DNA of 64,000 nucleotides from Bacilli bacterium (GTDB lineage Bacteria > Bacillota_I > Bacilli_A > RFN20 > CAG-826): positions 20,130 to 84,129 of the forward strand of contig JAGCZS010000003.1 in assembly GCA_017959905.1 (NCBI GenBank), read 5' to 3'. A program made the translations under genes and the position numbers. Of this stretch, positions 1 to 9,717 are shown in pieces. The number at the start of each line of letters is the position of its first letter. The first letter of the stretch is position 1. The notes under the pieces are model-generated. The model was given only the letters and a program-made list of their open reading frames with translations. It was not told the origin of the DNA and searched no databases.

Positions 1-592
1 CGCCGATAACTATTATATTCTTGCTATGGGCGAATAATGTTATTTCTTTAATTGGAACATAAAATCCTAAAACATTAGTTACTAAAGCAATAGCGATAAT
101 TTTTGTATTTTTACTAACCGTTTTTTTAACGTTTTTGATTGTTAATCTCCCATCTTTGGTTAATGGAATAAATTTTATTTTTGCTCCGGTTATTTTAGCA
201 ATATTAAACCACGGCAAAACATTACTAGCGTGCTCTGCTTCCGTAAGCAATATTTCATCGCCGCTTTTTAAAAAATACATTCCATAACCAAAAGCAACTA
301 AATTAATCGACATTGTCGTACCGGATGTAAAAATAATTTCTTCCGTTTTGGCGTTAATAAATTTGGCGACTAACCCCCTTGTCTCTAAAATAGTTTTGTC
401 AACGTTATAACAAAGATCATAATCCCCGCGTTGTGAATTGCTTGTTTGCAAAACATAATATTTATTAATATTATTAATGACCGTTATTGGTTTAAATGTC
501 GTAGCCGCATTGTCAAAAAAAACTAGCCTTTTCCCCTGCATTTTTACTTTGAACATTGGAAATTTTTTTCGAATTTCATTAACATTGAACAT
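1..592 (-). CDS. sufS: cysteine desulfurase, SufS/CsdA family, N-terminal part (gene runs off the left edge)
   Basis: Not in the ORF track because it is partial. Manual reverse translation from the ATG at 592 gives MFNVNEIRKKFPMFKVKMQGKRLVFFDNAATTFKP...FTSGTTMSINLVAFGY...EAEHASNVLPWF, a typical class V aminotransferase/SufS N-terminus. It overlaps the end of the sufD-like ORF by 14 nt and follows sufC-sufD. Confidence 0.85.
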   Translation of the reverse strand, partial: MFNVNEIRKKFPMFKVKMQGKRLVFFDNAATTFKPITVINNINKYYVLQTSNSQRGDYDLCYNVDKTILETRGLVAKFINAKTEEIIFTSGTTMSINLVAFGYGMYFLKSGDEILLTEAEHASNVLPWFNIAKITGAKIKFIPLTKDGRLTIKNVKKTVSKNTKIIAIALVTNVLGFYVPIKEITLFAHSKNIIVIG

Positions 593-1319
593 ATTTTTTG
601 ACTACCTCATTAATCTCTTCGTTTACATTCTTATCAAAAAAACGGGACGCTTGTCTTAAAAAACCGTTTATTAACATTTTTTTTATATCTGTTGTTTTTA
701 ACCCTCTAGACAATAAATAAAAAAAATAATCATTATTAAAATAACCAATAGAAGCATTATGAGTAGCAGAGACATCATTTTCAAAAATTTTTAAAATAGG
801 TTGAATCGAACCAGTAGCTTTTTTATCAAAAATTATAATTTTTCCTTTTTGACTCAATATGTTTTTTTTGGATTTTTTTTGCGCAATGCACGTATTTAAA
901 AAATGGATTTTTGATTGATCAAACGCAATTCCAAAAGAATCTATATTCGTTTTAATATTTTTATTTTTATTATTTAGACAAATATTAAATTTTTTTTGAT
1001 TATCTTTGAACGACAAACAAAAAATACTAACATCAACTTGTAAACCTGGATTACCAAGATCTAAATTAATGTTTAATGAAGTATTACCTGGCGAAAAATC
1101 CGCGATTACATATTTAAATATTGATTTTTCTTTAAAATTGCCAGAAATATTTATAACGTTATTATCTGGTTTAAAAATAACATTTTTTATATATAATGAG
1201 CTGTTTTTTTCTAAGCAAAAATTAAATGACTTGCTATTTCTTATAAATATTTCTTTATTTTCAGCTTGATTTAAAAAAAAATTATTCATCGTTTTATTTT
1301 TTTTTGAAACAACATTCAT
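579..1319 (-). CDS. sufD: Fe-S cluster assembly protein, short SufD/SufB-family
   Basis: The 246-aa ORF has a C-terminal ...ATHNASIGYFNNDYFFYLLSRGLKTTDIKKMLINGFL, which resembles the SufB/SufD beta-helix C-terminus. It lies between sufC and sufS. An alternative start (MNNFF, ATG at 1289) would remove the 26-nt overlap with sufC. Confidence 0.7.
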   Translation of the reverse strand: MNVVSKKNKTMNNFFLNQAENKEIFIRNSKSFNFCLEKNSSLYIKNVIFKPDNNVINISGNFKEKSIFKYVIADFSPGNTSLNINLDLGNPGLQVDVSIFCLSFKDNQKKFNICLNNKNKNIKTNIDSFGIAFDQSKIHFLNTCIAQKKSKKNILSQKGKIIIFDKKATGSIQPILKIFENDVSATHNASIGYFNNDYFFYLLSRGLKTTDIKKMLINGFLRQASRFFDKNVNEEINEVVKKYVQC

Positions 1320-2100
1320 CCACTAGATCTTGTTTATCATGCGTGATATTTAGACTGTTTTTTATAAAATCAAATCCTTTTTCGCTTATTTTTTTTATTA
1401 AATCTTTTTCCCCTTTCATAACTATTTTTCCATCAATCATAACGACTACTTTATTTGGGTTGATTAATTCAAGCATTTTGTCATAATGCGAAATAATTAC
1501 AAAAGATCCTTTATTTTTTTTGTATTCATCGTTAATTACTTTTGCGATTACTTTGATAGCGTCACTATCTAAACCGGAGTCTATTTCATCTAATAACGCT
1601 ATTTTTGGTTTAATAAGTAACATCTGCAAAATTTCATTTCGTTTTTTTTCGCCACCAGAAAAATTTTCATTTAAATTACGATGAACCATTTCAAAAGGAA
1701 ATTTTATTTTTTTGCAATTTTGATCAAGTATTTTATAAAAATCAAACAACTTTATTGGAACTGTATTTCTAACATCAATAATATTTTTCAAAAAATCGCT
1801 ATTTATTATCCCGGCGACTTCACATGGATTTTGCAAACCCAAAAAAATACCTAATTTACTTCGTTCGTCGACTGATAATTTTAGAACGTCAATATTATTA
1901 AAAAAAATAGTTCCGCTTGTCACTATACATTTTGGATGGCCGGATATTGTAAAAAACAATGTTGATTTTCCATTTCCGTTAGGACCTAAAAAAGCTATCT
2001 TATCACCATCGTTAATGGTTAAATTAACACCTTTTAAAATTTCTTTTTTATCAACTGATACATGCAAATTTTTTATTACCAATTTAAATTTATCCGCCAT
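1294..2100 (-). CDS. sufC: Fe-S cluster assembly ATPase SufC
   Basis: Walker A GPNGNGKST, ABC signature FSGGEKKRNEILQ and Walker B ALLDEIDSGLD. It has no membrane domain and is the first gene of the sufCDS cluster. Confidence 0.9.
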   Translation of the reverse strand: MADKFKLVIKNLHVSVDKKEILKGVNLTINDGDKIAFLGPNGNGKSTLFFTISGHPKCIVTSGTIFFNNIDVLKLSVDERSKLGIFLGLQNPCEVAGIINSDFLKNIIDVRNTVPIKLFDFYKILDQNCKKIKFPFEMVHRNLNENFSGGEKKRNEILQMLLIKPKIALLDEIDSGLDSDAIKVIAKVINDEYKKNKGSFVIISHYDKMLELINPNKVVVMIDGKIVMKGEKDLIKKISEKGFDFIKNSLNITHDKQDLVDECCFKKK

Positions 2101-2280
2101 ATCGTTTCAACCTTGTGCCTTTATTACTTATTAATATTAGCATTTTTTTGTGTTTCCCTAATTATGATAATGCATGAGTTATAACAAAAAAATATGCCAC
2201 AAAAACCAAAAAAAGATTAACAACCATAACACATAGTCAGCATGTAAATGAAAATAAAATATTATATAATTTAGATTATA

Positions 2281-3786
2281 ATGTCTTACCAAGTTTTATA
2301 TAGAAAATATAGGCCGACAAATTTTTCACACGTTGTTAATCAAGATATAGTCGTCAAAATATTAACCAATGAAATTAAAAACAATAAATTATCTCACGCC
2401 TATTTATTTTATGGCCCAAAAGGAACCGGAAAGACAACAATGGCGAGATTATTTGCCAAAGCAATAAATTGCGAAAAACAAGAAACAACGATTATTTGTA
2501 ACCAATGTTCTAACTGCGAACTAGCAAATGAAAATAACCATCCTGATATTATCGAAATTGACGCAGCAAGTAATAACGGCGTTGACAAAATAAGAGCGAT
2601 AACAGAAAATACCGACTTTTTACCAATTAAAGGAAAATGTAAAATTTATATTATTGACGAAGTTCATATGTTGTCAACAAGCGCTTTTAACGCTTTATTA
2701 AAAACGCTTGAAGAACCACCAAAGAACATTGTTTTTATACTAATAACAACAGAAATATATAAAATTATCCCGACTATTGCAAGTAGATGTCAAAAATTTT
2801 GTTTTACCAAAATAAACACTAACCAAATTGAAGAAAGACTCATTAATATATTAAAAAAAGAAAAGATAGATTTTGAAGAAAAAGCTGTAAAAATAATTGC
2901 TTCGATTTCTGACGGCTGTTTAAGAGATGCGTTAAATTTGCTAGAACAAGCTATGTTGTATGCTGAAAATAAAATTACCGAAAATAACGTTATCGATTTA
3001 TTCTCCTTGATTTCAGATGATGAAAAAAATCAATTACTAATAGATTTAGGCAATAGTAACATAGAAAGCGTGTTAAAAAAAATAAACTTTTTATCAGAAA
3101 AATTTAGTAATTGTAAAATTATAGTATTATCATTAATTAATACTTTAAAAGATGTTCTATTATATAAAACAATTCCTTATAACAATTCTTTATTTAATAA
3201 TCCAGAAGCACAAATAAGAAAAATCAGTGAATATTTTTCCGAACAAGACATTAATAAAATAATTGATATATTATTATCTTTTTTAAAACAAACAGAAATA
3301 GAGCAAAATCATAAATTGTTATTAGAAATAGCATTTTTAAAAATAATTTCTCTTCTGCAAAAAGAAAAAGAAGGTAAGAAGAAAAAAGAAGAAACAAATA
3401 ACAAAAAAATATTGCTTTTAGAAGATAATGAATTATTGAATATAATTTCAAAAAATAATAAAATTCTAAAAAATAGTATTTGTTCTGAATGGAAAGAAAA
3501 AATATCCGCTTTTTTTAAAAAAAATATAAATATCGAAGAAAAACAAAAAAATATATTATTTTTATTAAGTGAAGCAGAACCGTTTATTATTAATAATAAT
3601 TATCTAATTGTTACACTAAATTTTAATCATTTAGTCGAAAAAATAAACAAACAGGACAATCAGCCAATAATTAAAAAAATTATTCATACAATAACAGATA
3701 AAAATGTCTTAACTTACGCTATAACTAAAGAAAAACAAGAAGAACTTAAAAAAAAATTTTTGAATAGTAAATATACAATAAAATAA
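2281..3786 (+). CDS. dnaX: DNA polymerase III subunit gamma/tau
   Basis: N-terminus YRKYRPTNFSHVVNQ, Walker A GPKGTGKTT, Zn module CNQCSNCE, and DEVHMLS / SRCQKF motifs. It is followed by recR as in Bacillota. Confidence 0.92.
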   Translation: MSYQVLYRKYRPTNFSHVVNQDIVVKILTNEIKNNKLSHAYLFYGPKGTGKTTMARLFAKAINCEKQETTIICNQCSNCELANENNHPDIIEIDAASNNGVDKIRAITENTDFLPIKGKCKIYIIDEVHMLSTSAFNALLKTLEEPPKNIVFILITTEIYKIIPTIASRCQKFCFTKINTNQIEERLINILKKEKIDFEEKAVKIIASISDGCLRDALNLLEQAMLYAENKITENNVIDLFSLISDDEKNQLLIDLGNSNIESVLKKINFLSEKFSNCKIIVLSLINTLKDVLLYKTIPYNNSLFNNPEAQIRKISEYFSEQDINKIIDILLSFLKQTEIEQNHKLLLEIAFLKIISLLQKEKEGKKKKEETNNKKILLLEDNELLNIISKNNKILKNSICSEWKEKISAFFKKNINIEEKQKNILFLLSEAEPFIINNNYLIVTLNFNHLVEKINKQDNQPIIKKIIHTITDKNVLTYAITKEKQEELKKKFLNSKYTIK

Positions 3787-3788
3787 AT

Positions 3789-4388
3789 ATGGAAAAAATT
3801 AAACGTTTAGCAAATTCTCTGAAATATCTCCCGTCTATTGGTGAAAAAACCGCTGAACGTTTAGCATTTGAAATATTAAAAATGCCAAGTAGCAAAGCTC
3901 TCGAAATAGCAGAGGCTATTAAAATAGTGAAAAATGAAATAAAACAATGCCCTATATGCGGATTATATACAGAAAATAGTATTTGCGAAATTTGTTCAGA
4001 TGCAAAGCGCGATAAAACAATTATATTAGTCATATCGCGTGCTAAAGACTTTTATATATTTGAAAATAATAAGAAACTTAATTATAATGGCACATATCAC
4101 GTATTAAATGGTTTTATAAACGACAAAACTAGCGTTAGTGAACTAAATATTGAAACGTTATTGAAAAGAATAGAAAAATTCAATATCAAAGAAATTATCC
4201 TAGCCATTAACCCGACTATTGGCGGGGAATTGACAATTCAATACATAGCAAATAAAATTTTAAAAAATAAAAAGATTACCATAACCCGTCTGGCATACGG
4301 CTTACCGGCCGGTGGTGATATAGAATTTGCAGATAATTTTACAATTTTAGAAGCGGTTAATGGAAGAAAAAAAATAAAATGTTCATAA
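3789..4388 (+). CDS. recR: recombination protein RecR
   Basis: LPSIGEKTAERLAF helix-hairpin-helix, a C4 zinc finger CPICGLYTENSICEIC, and a Toprim region. It lies directly downstream of dnaX. Confidence 0.95.
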   Translation: MEKIKRLANSLKYLPSIGEKTAERLAFEILKMPSSKALEIAEAIKIVKNEIKQCPICGLYTENSICEICSDAKRDKTIILVISRAKDFYIFENNKKLNYNGTYHVLNGFINDKTSVSELNIETLLKRIEKFNIKEIILAINPTIGGELTIQYIANKILKNKKITITRLAYGLPAGGDIEFADNFTILEAVNGRKKIKCS

Positions 4389-4987
4389 CATTTGAAGGAA
4401 TGGATGGGTGCGGTAAAAGTTCCATGATTTCAGCAATAGCCAAATTATTAATAAACGATGGCTATAAAGTATACATAACACATGAACCAGGTGGCACAAT
4501 AGTTGGCGAAAAACTACGACATATAATTCTTAATAACAAAATGGATCCAATAGTCGAAGCATTATTATACGCGGCATCGCGCAAACAACACGTTATCGAA
4601 AAAATTACTCCGAATTTAAAAAAAAACATTATTGTTATTTGTGATCGATATATTGATTCTTCTTTAGCTTATCAAGGAATTGGGAGAGGCATAGGAATTG
4701 ATAAAATATTAAAAATTAATTCATTAAATAATGACATTTTATGGCCAACATTAACTTTTCTTCTAAATGTATCTCCAGATGTAGCAAAAAGCAGAATACA
4801 GAAACGAAAAACAACAAAAAAAACTGATCGTTTTGATAACGAAACTATGTTATTTCATAATAAAATTCAAAAGGCTTTTTTAAAAATTGCCAAAACATAT
4901 AAAAACCGTTTTATTATTATTGATGCAAATAAAAAAAAATCAGAAATCATTAGCAAAATATTTAAAACAATAAAAAATAATTTATAA
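4379..4987 (+). CDS. tmk: thymidylate kinase
   Basis: FITFEGMDGCGKSS P-loop, CDRYIDSSLAYQG motif, and 202 aa length. Confidence 0.9.
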   Translation: MFITFEGMDGCGKSSMISAIAKLLINDGYKVYITHEPGGTIVGEKLRHIILNNKMDPIVEALLYAASRKQHVIEKITPNLKKNIIVICDRYIDSSLAYQGIGRGIGIDKILKINSLNNDILWPTLTFLLNVSPDVAKSRIQKRKTTKKTDRFDNETMLFHNKIQKAFLKIAKTYKNRFIIIDANKKKSEIISKIFKTIKNNL

Positions 4988-4990
4988 AAA

Positions 4991-5965
4991 ATGTCCGCTT
5001 TTTTAGAAACGCAACCAATTATTTGCAAACTTTTTTTAAACGCATTAAAAAAAAATAAAGTTGCGCATAATTATCTGTTGTGCGGAGAAAATGAGGCTTA
5101 TTTAAAAAATGCAGCGTTTTTTTTATCAGCTTCCCTTATTTGTGATAATCCCAGTCCGTTAGCATGCGAAAAATGCGATACTTGTTTAAAAGTAAAACAT
5201 AATAATTATCCAGATTTAATTTTCATAGATGGATCAAAAGAGATAATTAAAAAAGAAAATACCAATTATATTTTTAAAAAATTTTTAAATTTTTCAATAA
5301 ATGAAAAGAAAAATAAAAATATTTGCATTTTACACCTAATAGAAAATATGACCGCTGAAGCTTCTAATGCTTTTTTAAAATTTTTTGAAGAACCGCCAAA
5401 AAACAGCTTTATTTTTTTAACAACAACTAACGAAAAAGCAATATTACCAACTATTATCTCACGATGCCAAAAAATTTATCTTTATCCAGATAAATATGAT
5501 AAATTAATTAAATTTTGTTTAAACAATAATATTGAGATTAAAAACGCCGAAATACTATCATTAATTTGTAAAAATATATATGACATTAAAAATATTTATA
5601 ATGATGATTTTTATAATATTAAAAACGCATGCATTGTTTTTTTAAATTGCATAAAAAATAAAAAAGATCTTATATTTATAACAAACTTTTCCATTTGCAA
5701 ATACATAAAAAACAAACAACAAGCAATGTTATTTTTTGACATTATTATCGCCTTTTTAAGAGATGTTTTATACAAGAAAATTAATCAAAAAATATATTTA
5801 CAATCTTATCAAAAATTAATATTTCAATTATCATCGACTCTAAAAAACATCGATAATCTTATTGAAGAAATAGAAATATTCAAAAAAGATTTATATTTGA
5901 ATATAAACATAACAAATATACTAGAACATTTAGCTGTTTTTATAATTAAAAACAATATAAAGTAA
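4991..5965 (+). CDS. holB: DNA polymerase III subunit delta-prime
   Basis: HNYLLCGE (degenerate P-loop), a CEKCDTCLKV zinc module, FLKFFEEPP and SRCQKIYL (SRC motif). It sits at the tmk-holB syntenic position. Confidence 0.8.
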   Translation: MSAFLETQPIICKLFLNALKKNKVAHNYLLCGENEAYLKNAAFFLSASLICDNPSPLACEKCDTCLKVKHNNYPDLIFIDGSKEIIKKENTNYIFKKFLNFSINEKKNKNICILHLIENMTAEASNAFLKFFEEPPKNSFIFLTTTNEKAILPTIISRCQKIYLYPDKYDKLIKFCLNNNIEIKNAEILSLICKNIYDIKNIYNDDFYNIKNACIVFLNCIKNKKDLIFITNFSICKYIKNKQQAMLFFDIIIAFLRDVLYKKINQKIYLQSYQKLIFQLSSTLKNIDNLIEEIEIFKKDLYLNINITNILEHLAVFIIKNNIK

Positions 5966-5975
5966 AATAAAAAAT

Positions 5976-6572
5976 ATGGACTATGTAGTATTAGCAAAAT
6001 TTTTCAATATAGAGCCGCCACGTTTTAAAACATCAATTAAAAATTTAAAAATAAACAATTTTGTTATCTATGATAACAAAATAGCTATTGTAGTTTCATC
6101 GCCTTTTTATTTAAATAAAAAAGAAATCACTTCGTCAATGCCAATTATTTCTAATTATGCAAAAAACAACGATATAGAAAAATATAAAAAAAATATTGTC
6201 AAAAGTGATCAAATATTAAATACAGCAAATTTAGAAGCTAAAAAAAATAATTCAGATATAAATTTTTTATTTTGCCAGCCTAATTATTATAACAATCACT
6301 ATATACTTTTTGTATCTTACAACAAAAAGAATAATTTTAATCTTCTTTTTAAAGAGATCGAAAGCGCTTTAAACATGCAAAACATAGATTTTCAACAAAT
6401 TACGCCACGCATCAGAACAAAAATTATTGGCGATATAGGAACTTATAGCAAAAAAATATGTTGTAATACTTTTCTTAAAACCAAAAATTTAATTCAAATG
6501 GGAAAAACAGGAGAAAAAGACAAAACAAATGCCAATAATAAAAAAGCAATCGGTTTTTTTGCAATCGTTTAA
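5976..6572 (+). CDS. PSP1 domain protein (RicT/YaaT-like)
   Basis: ...ILFVSYNKKNNFNLLFKEIESALNMQNIDFQQITPRIRTKIIGDIGTYSKKICCNTFL matches the PSP1 core (FxA..RVDFREL...IEL.QIG.RD..K..GG.G.CGR.LCC..FL). It lies after holB, as yaaT does in Bacillus. Confidence 0.7.
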   Translation: MDYVVLAKFFNIEPPRFKTSIKNLKINNFVIYDNKIAIVVSSPFYLNKKEITSSMPIISNYAKNNDIEKYKKNIVKSDQILNTANLEAKKNNSDINFLFCQPNYYNNHYILFVSYNKKNNFNLLFKEIESALNMQNIDFQQITPRIRTKIIGDIGTYSKKICCNTFLKTKNLIQMGKTGEKDKTNANNKKAIGFFAIV

Positions 6573-6602
6573 AATGCTGCATGTTATTCGAATAATAATC
6601 TT

Positions 6603-7448
6603 ATGTTAAATAAACTATATTTAATTTCTACACCAATTGGAAATTTGCGAGAAGTTTCTTTTAGAGCGTTAGAAATAATTAAATCGATGGATTATATTGC
6701 TTGTGAAGATACACGAATAGGTGGAAAATTGCTTTTTTCATACAAAATAAAAAAAAAATTTATTTCTTGCCATAAATACAACGAAATTAAAGCGAGCGAA
6801 AAAATTATTACATTGTTAAAAAACAATAAAAAAGTTGCTTATATATGTGACGCTGGCACTCCATGTATTTCCGATCCTGGGCAAATATTAGTAAAAAAAT
6901 GTATTAAAAATAATATTGATGTCGTACCTATAAGCGGCTCAAGCGCGTTACTAAACATTGTTGTTGCCAGCGGATTTGATGTAAAACATTTTTATTTTCA
7001 TGGATTTTTGTCAAGAACAGTTAATAAAAGATTACAAGAATTAAGAGAATTATCAGATAAAAAAGAAGCTTTGATTTTTTATGAATCGCCGCATCGTTTA
7101 AAAAACACTTTAAAAAATATGTTAGAAATATTTGGTAATCGCAATATTTGTATTGGTCGAGAAATGACTAAACTACATGAAGAATTTATTCGAGGGGCGT
7201 TAAGCGACGTTTTAGATAAAATTAATTCAAAAATACTACGCGGGGAGTTCTCGATAATTATTGAAGGTCAAAAAAATAAATTAATTGTTTCAAATGTAAC
7301 AGATAATATTGATCAAATTATCGATAAAATTAAATTTTTCAAAAATTCTTTAACAACTAAAGATGCAATTAAAAAAACTAGCCTACTATACAAAATACCA
7401 AAAAACAAAATTTATTCTTTGTATCACAACCATATTAAAAATAAATAA
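6603..7448 (+). CDS. rsmI: 16S rRNA (cytidine1402-2'-O)-methyltransferase RsmI
   Basis: LYLISTPIGNLREVSFRALEI...IACEDTR...DAGTPCISDPG...FYESPHR is the tetrapyrrole-methylase-fold RsmI signature. Confidence 0.9.
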   Translation: MLNKLYLISTPIGNLREVSFRALEIIKSMDYIACEDTRIGGKLLFSYKIKKKFISCHKYNEIKASEKIITLLKNNKKVAYICDAGTPCISDPGQILVKKCIKNNIDVVPISGSSALLNIVVASGFDVKHFYFHGFLSRTVNKRLQELRELSDKKEALIFYESPHRLKNTLKNMLEIFGNRNICIGREMTKLHEEFIRGALSDVLDKINSKILRGEFSIIIEGQKNKLIVSNVTDNIDQIIDKIKFFKNSLTTKDAIKKTSLLYKIPKNKIYSLYHNHIKNK

Positions 7449-7450
7449 TT

Positions 7451-7798
7451 TTATTTATCGCCGCCATATAAATTAACGCCTATATAATCGCTTATTGGCA
7501 ACGCAAAAGCAATTCCTTGGCCGCGTGAATTTAACCCGGCTTTTTTATTTATTGATAGTAAAACTGCCTCACTTATTTCTTTACGAACAACAATAAGAAC
7601 TATCTCTTTTTCTGGACTTATCGTAATTCCATAAAATTTTTCTAACGCCTTATTGCCTGTGCCTCTTGCGTTTAAAATAGTTCCGCCACAAGCACCAACT
7701 TCAACGGCCGCAGACATAACAACATCTGCAAACCCATTATTAACTATGCAAAAAATAGCAATTGCTTCTTCTTTTTTTTGTTTCTCTTTAGTTTCCAT
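7451..7798 (-). CDS. P-II family (nitrogen-regulator-like) small signalling protein
   Basis: The 115-aa protein carries ...AVEVGACGGTILNARGTGNK...EKEIVLIVV, the pattern of the PII-like proteins that accompany DUF1538 membrane proteins. It overlaps the upstream PII-like gene by 11 nt. Confidence 0.7.
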   Translation of the reverse strand: METKEKQKKEEAIAIFCIVNNGFADVVMSAAVEVGACGGTILNARGTGNKALEKFYGITISPEKEIVLIVVRKEISEAVLLSINKKAGLNSRGQGIAFALPISDYIGVNLYGGDK

Positions 7799-8147
7799 GT
7801 TCTAATACCTCATTATAATCAGATAAAAATTTATATGTTGAAACACCAGCAATAGAAGAAATATCAAACACTAATAACATTCCATTCATTGATGCTTTTT
7901 CAAAATCAAAAAGATTTTTTAAAAAAAAATAAATTATTTTGTATTTTTTGTCATCGACAATCGTAAAAATAATATCTCTATTTTTTTCGTCGCCTAAAAC
8001 ATCCATAAAATAATTTTTTTTAATTCCTTCGGCAAAAAAATTAACAACTATTGCCAAACCATTTTCAATAAGAAAACGATTTATTGTTTCTGCATGGCCC
8101 TTTCTAACCAAAATAAATAAAACCTTTAATTTTTTTAATTCATTCAT
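7788..8147 (-). CDS. second P-II-like small protein (divergent)
   Basis: The start was moved to the internal ATG (MNELKKLKVLFILVRKGHAETINRFLIENG), giving an ATGAATGA overlap with the DUF1538 stop codon. Its size (about 119 aa) and beta-alpha-beta start resemble the PII fold. The track ORF start at 8201 lies inside the upstream gene. Confidence 0.5.
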   Translation of the reverse strand: MNELKKLKVLFILVRKGHAETINRFLIENGLAIVVNFFAEGIKKNYFMDVLGDEKNRDIIFTIVDDKKYKIIYFFLKNLFDFEKASMNGMLLVFDISSIAGVSTYKFLSDYNEVLEHGN

Positions 8148-9672
8148 AAAATTTAATAATTTGATTATCTTCTCCTTTGTGCATTTTCCGATATTCAACA
8201 ATATTATTATAGTGATTTGCTATATATATTACCAAACCAAATATTTGAATAACAATTAATGGCGCTAAAGCAATTAACGAAATAACACCAAAAGCGTTTT
8301 TTAAAACAAATTCTCTTGCAAAATCCAAACCATAATTTTTTTGCAAACAAGTATAGTTAGCCACGCCAATTATAAAAGGCAAAATGAAAGCGCTTGATAA
8401 TGACCCGCTGGTAACACCACCAGAATCAAAAGCTATACCAAAATATATATTCGGCGTAAAACAAGATAAAATCATAGCTAAAATATATCCTGGAACTATA
8501 TAATACAAAACAGAAAAATCACAAACAACCCTTATTACAGATAAAATAACTGCCAAAGAAATACTTAAAGATAACGTTATTAACATATTCCTTTTTTTTA
8601 TTGCTCCATTACTGACCGATTCTATTTGATTAATTAAAACTTTAACGCTTGGTTCACATAATGTTATCGTAAAACCAATTATTCCGGATATGATAAATAA
8701 CAATAATTTGCTTTTAGAAATTAATAAATAACCTAAATGTTCAGCGATAGGAACAAACCCAATTTCTACACCTGCTAAAAACAAAGATAAACCAAAATAT
8801 ACGTAAACTATACCAACTATTATTTTAAAAATATTTTTTTTTGGCAATTTTAAAAAAATAAAATTGTAAATGAAAAAAAATACAATTATCGGAATTATAG
8901 ACAACAAAACTTCTCGAAAAACAATGGAAAATTTCAATAATATATATTTTAAAGAACCATAATCAACTATTGTATTTGAATTATATTTTTGAAACTTAAT
9001 AAAATGTGTAAAAAATGGCAAAATGAATAGCGGTCCTAAAGAACAAAAAGATGACAAACCAAAAGAATCTGAATTGTTTCCAGTACTTTTTGAAACTCCT
9101 AAACCCAACGATAAAATAAGTGGCACCGTAATTGGGCCGGTGGTCATACCGCCGCTATCAAATATAATTGGTATAAATGATTTATTAATTAAATTAATTA
9201 ACGTAAAAATTATTCCGTAAAACAGCAAAAGCAAAATTTTTAAATCATATTTAAAAAGAATTCGAAAAACGCCAATAACTAAAAATAAACCAACTCCAAT
9301 ACCAACTAAAAATAAAAATAAATAAACTTCTTTAATTGATAATTGTGACGCTAAAACCATTAAATCTGGCTCAGCAATAGTTGCAAAAAGGCCTATCAAA
9401 AAACAAACAATAATTAATAATAAAATGTTTTTTCGTTCAATAATTGATGATCCAATGTATTGCCCTATTTTATTTATAGAATGTTCAATACCTATCGAAA
9501 AAAATGTTATTCCAATAACCAAAAATAAAAAAGATCCAAAAAATAAAATATTTTTTTCAAAAGAAACAAAAGAAAATATATTAAATATATTTAATATTTC
9601 AACCAATAAAAAAACTGGAGCCGACGAAATAATGGCGTTTAAAAAACTCTTTGTAAATATTCCATTGCTCAT
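8140..9672 (-). CDS. polytopic membrane protein, DUF1538 family (two repeats)
   Basis: The 510-aa protein is very hydrophobic, with an internally duplicated motif (FDSGGMTTGPITVPLILSLGLG and FDSGGVTSGSLSSAFILPFIIG). From memory this is characteristic of DUF1538, which is usually encoded with PII-like genes. Confidence 0.7.
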   Translation of the reverse strand: MSNGIFTKSFLNAIISSAPVFLLVEILNIFNIFSFVSFEKNILFFGSFLFLVIGITFFSIGIEHSINKIGQYIGSSIIERKNILLLIIVCFLIGLFATIAEPDLMVLASQLSIKEVYLFLFLVGIGVGLFLVIGVFRILFKYDLKILLLLFYGIIFTLINLINKSFIPIIFDSGGMTTGPITVPLILSLGLGVSKSTGNNSDSFGLSSFCSLGPLFILPFFTHFIKFQKYNSNTIVDYGSLKYILLKFSIVFREVLLSIIPIIVFFFIYNFIFLKLPKKNIFKIIVGIVYVYFGLSLFLAGVEIGFVPIAEHLGYLLISKSKLLLFIISGIIGFTITLCEPSVKVLINQIESVSNGAIKKRNMLITLSLSISLAVILSVIRVVCDFSVLYYIVPGYILAMILSCFTPNIYFGIAFDSGGVTSGSLSSAFILPFIIGVANYTCLQKNYGLDFAREFVLKNAFGVISLIALAPLIVIQIFGLVIYIANHYNNIVEYRKMHKGEDNQIIKFYE

Positions 9673-9717
9673 AAATTCACAAAAATTATTTGAATAAAAT
9701 AGTCTTAATAATTCTAT

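Noticed and set aside
2101-2280. Looked for the SRP (4.5S/scRNA) gene that precedes dnaX in many Bacillota.
   Set aside because: No GGAAG...CAGC domain IV-like motif or convincing helix was found. The stretch looks like a plain AT-rich divergent promoter region.
3361-3420. A6/A7 runs (GAAAAAAG, CAAAAAAAT) in the Lys-rich linker of dnaX, as a possible gamma/tau frameshift or transcriptional slippage site. A -1 shift at 3412-3418 would terminate after 6 codons.
   Set aside because: A runs of this length occur throughout this AT-rich window, and the heptamer is not a canonical X XXY YYZ in the zero frame. There is no downstream stem-loop or upstream SD-like enhancer that I could see.
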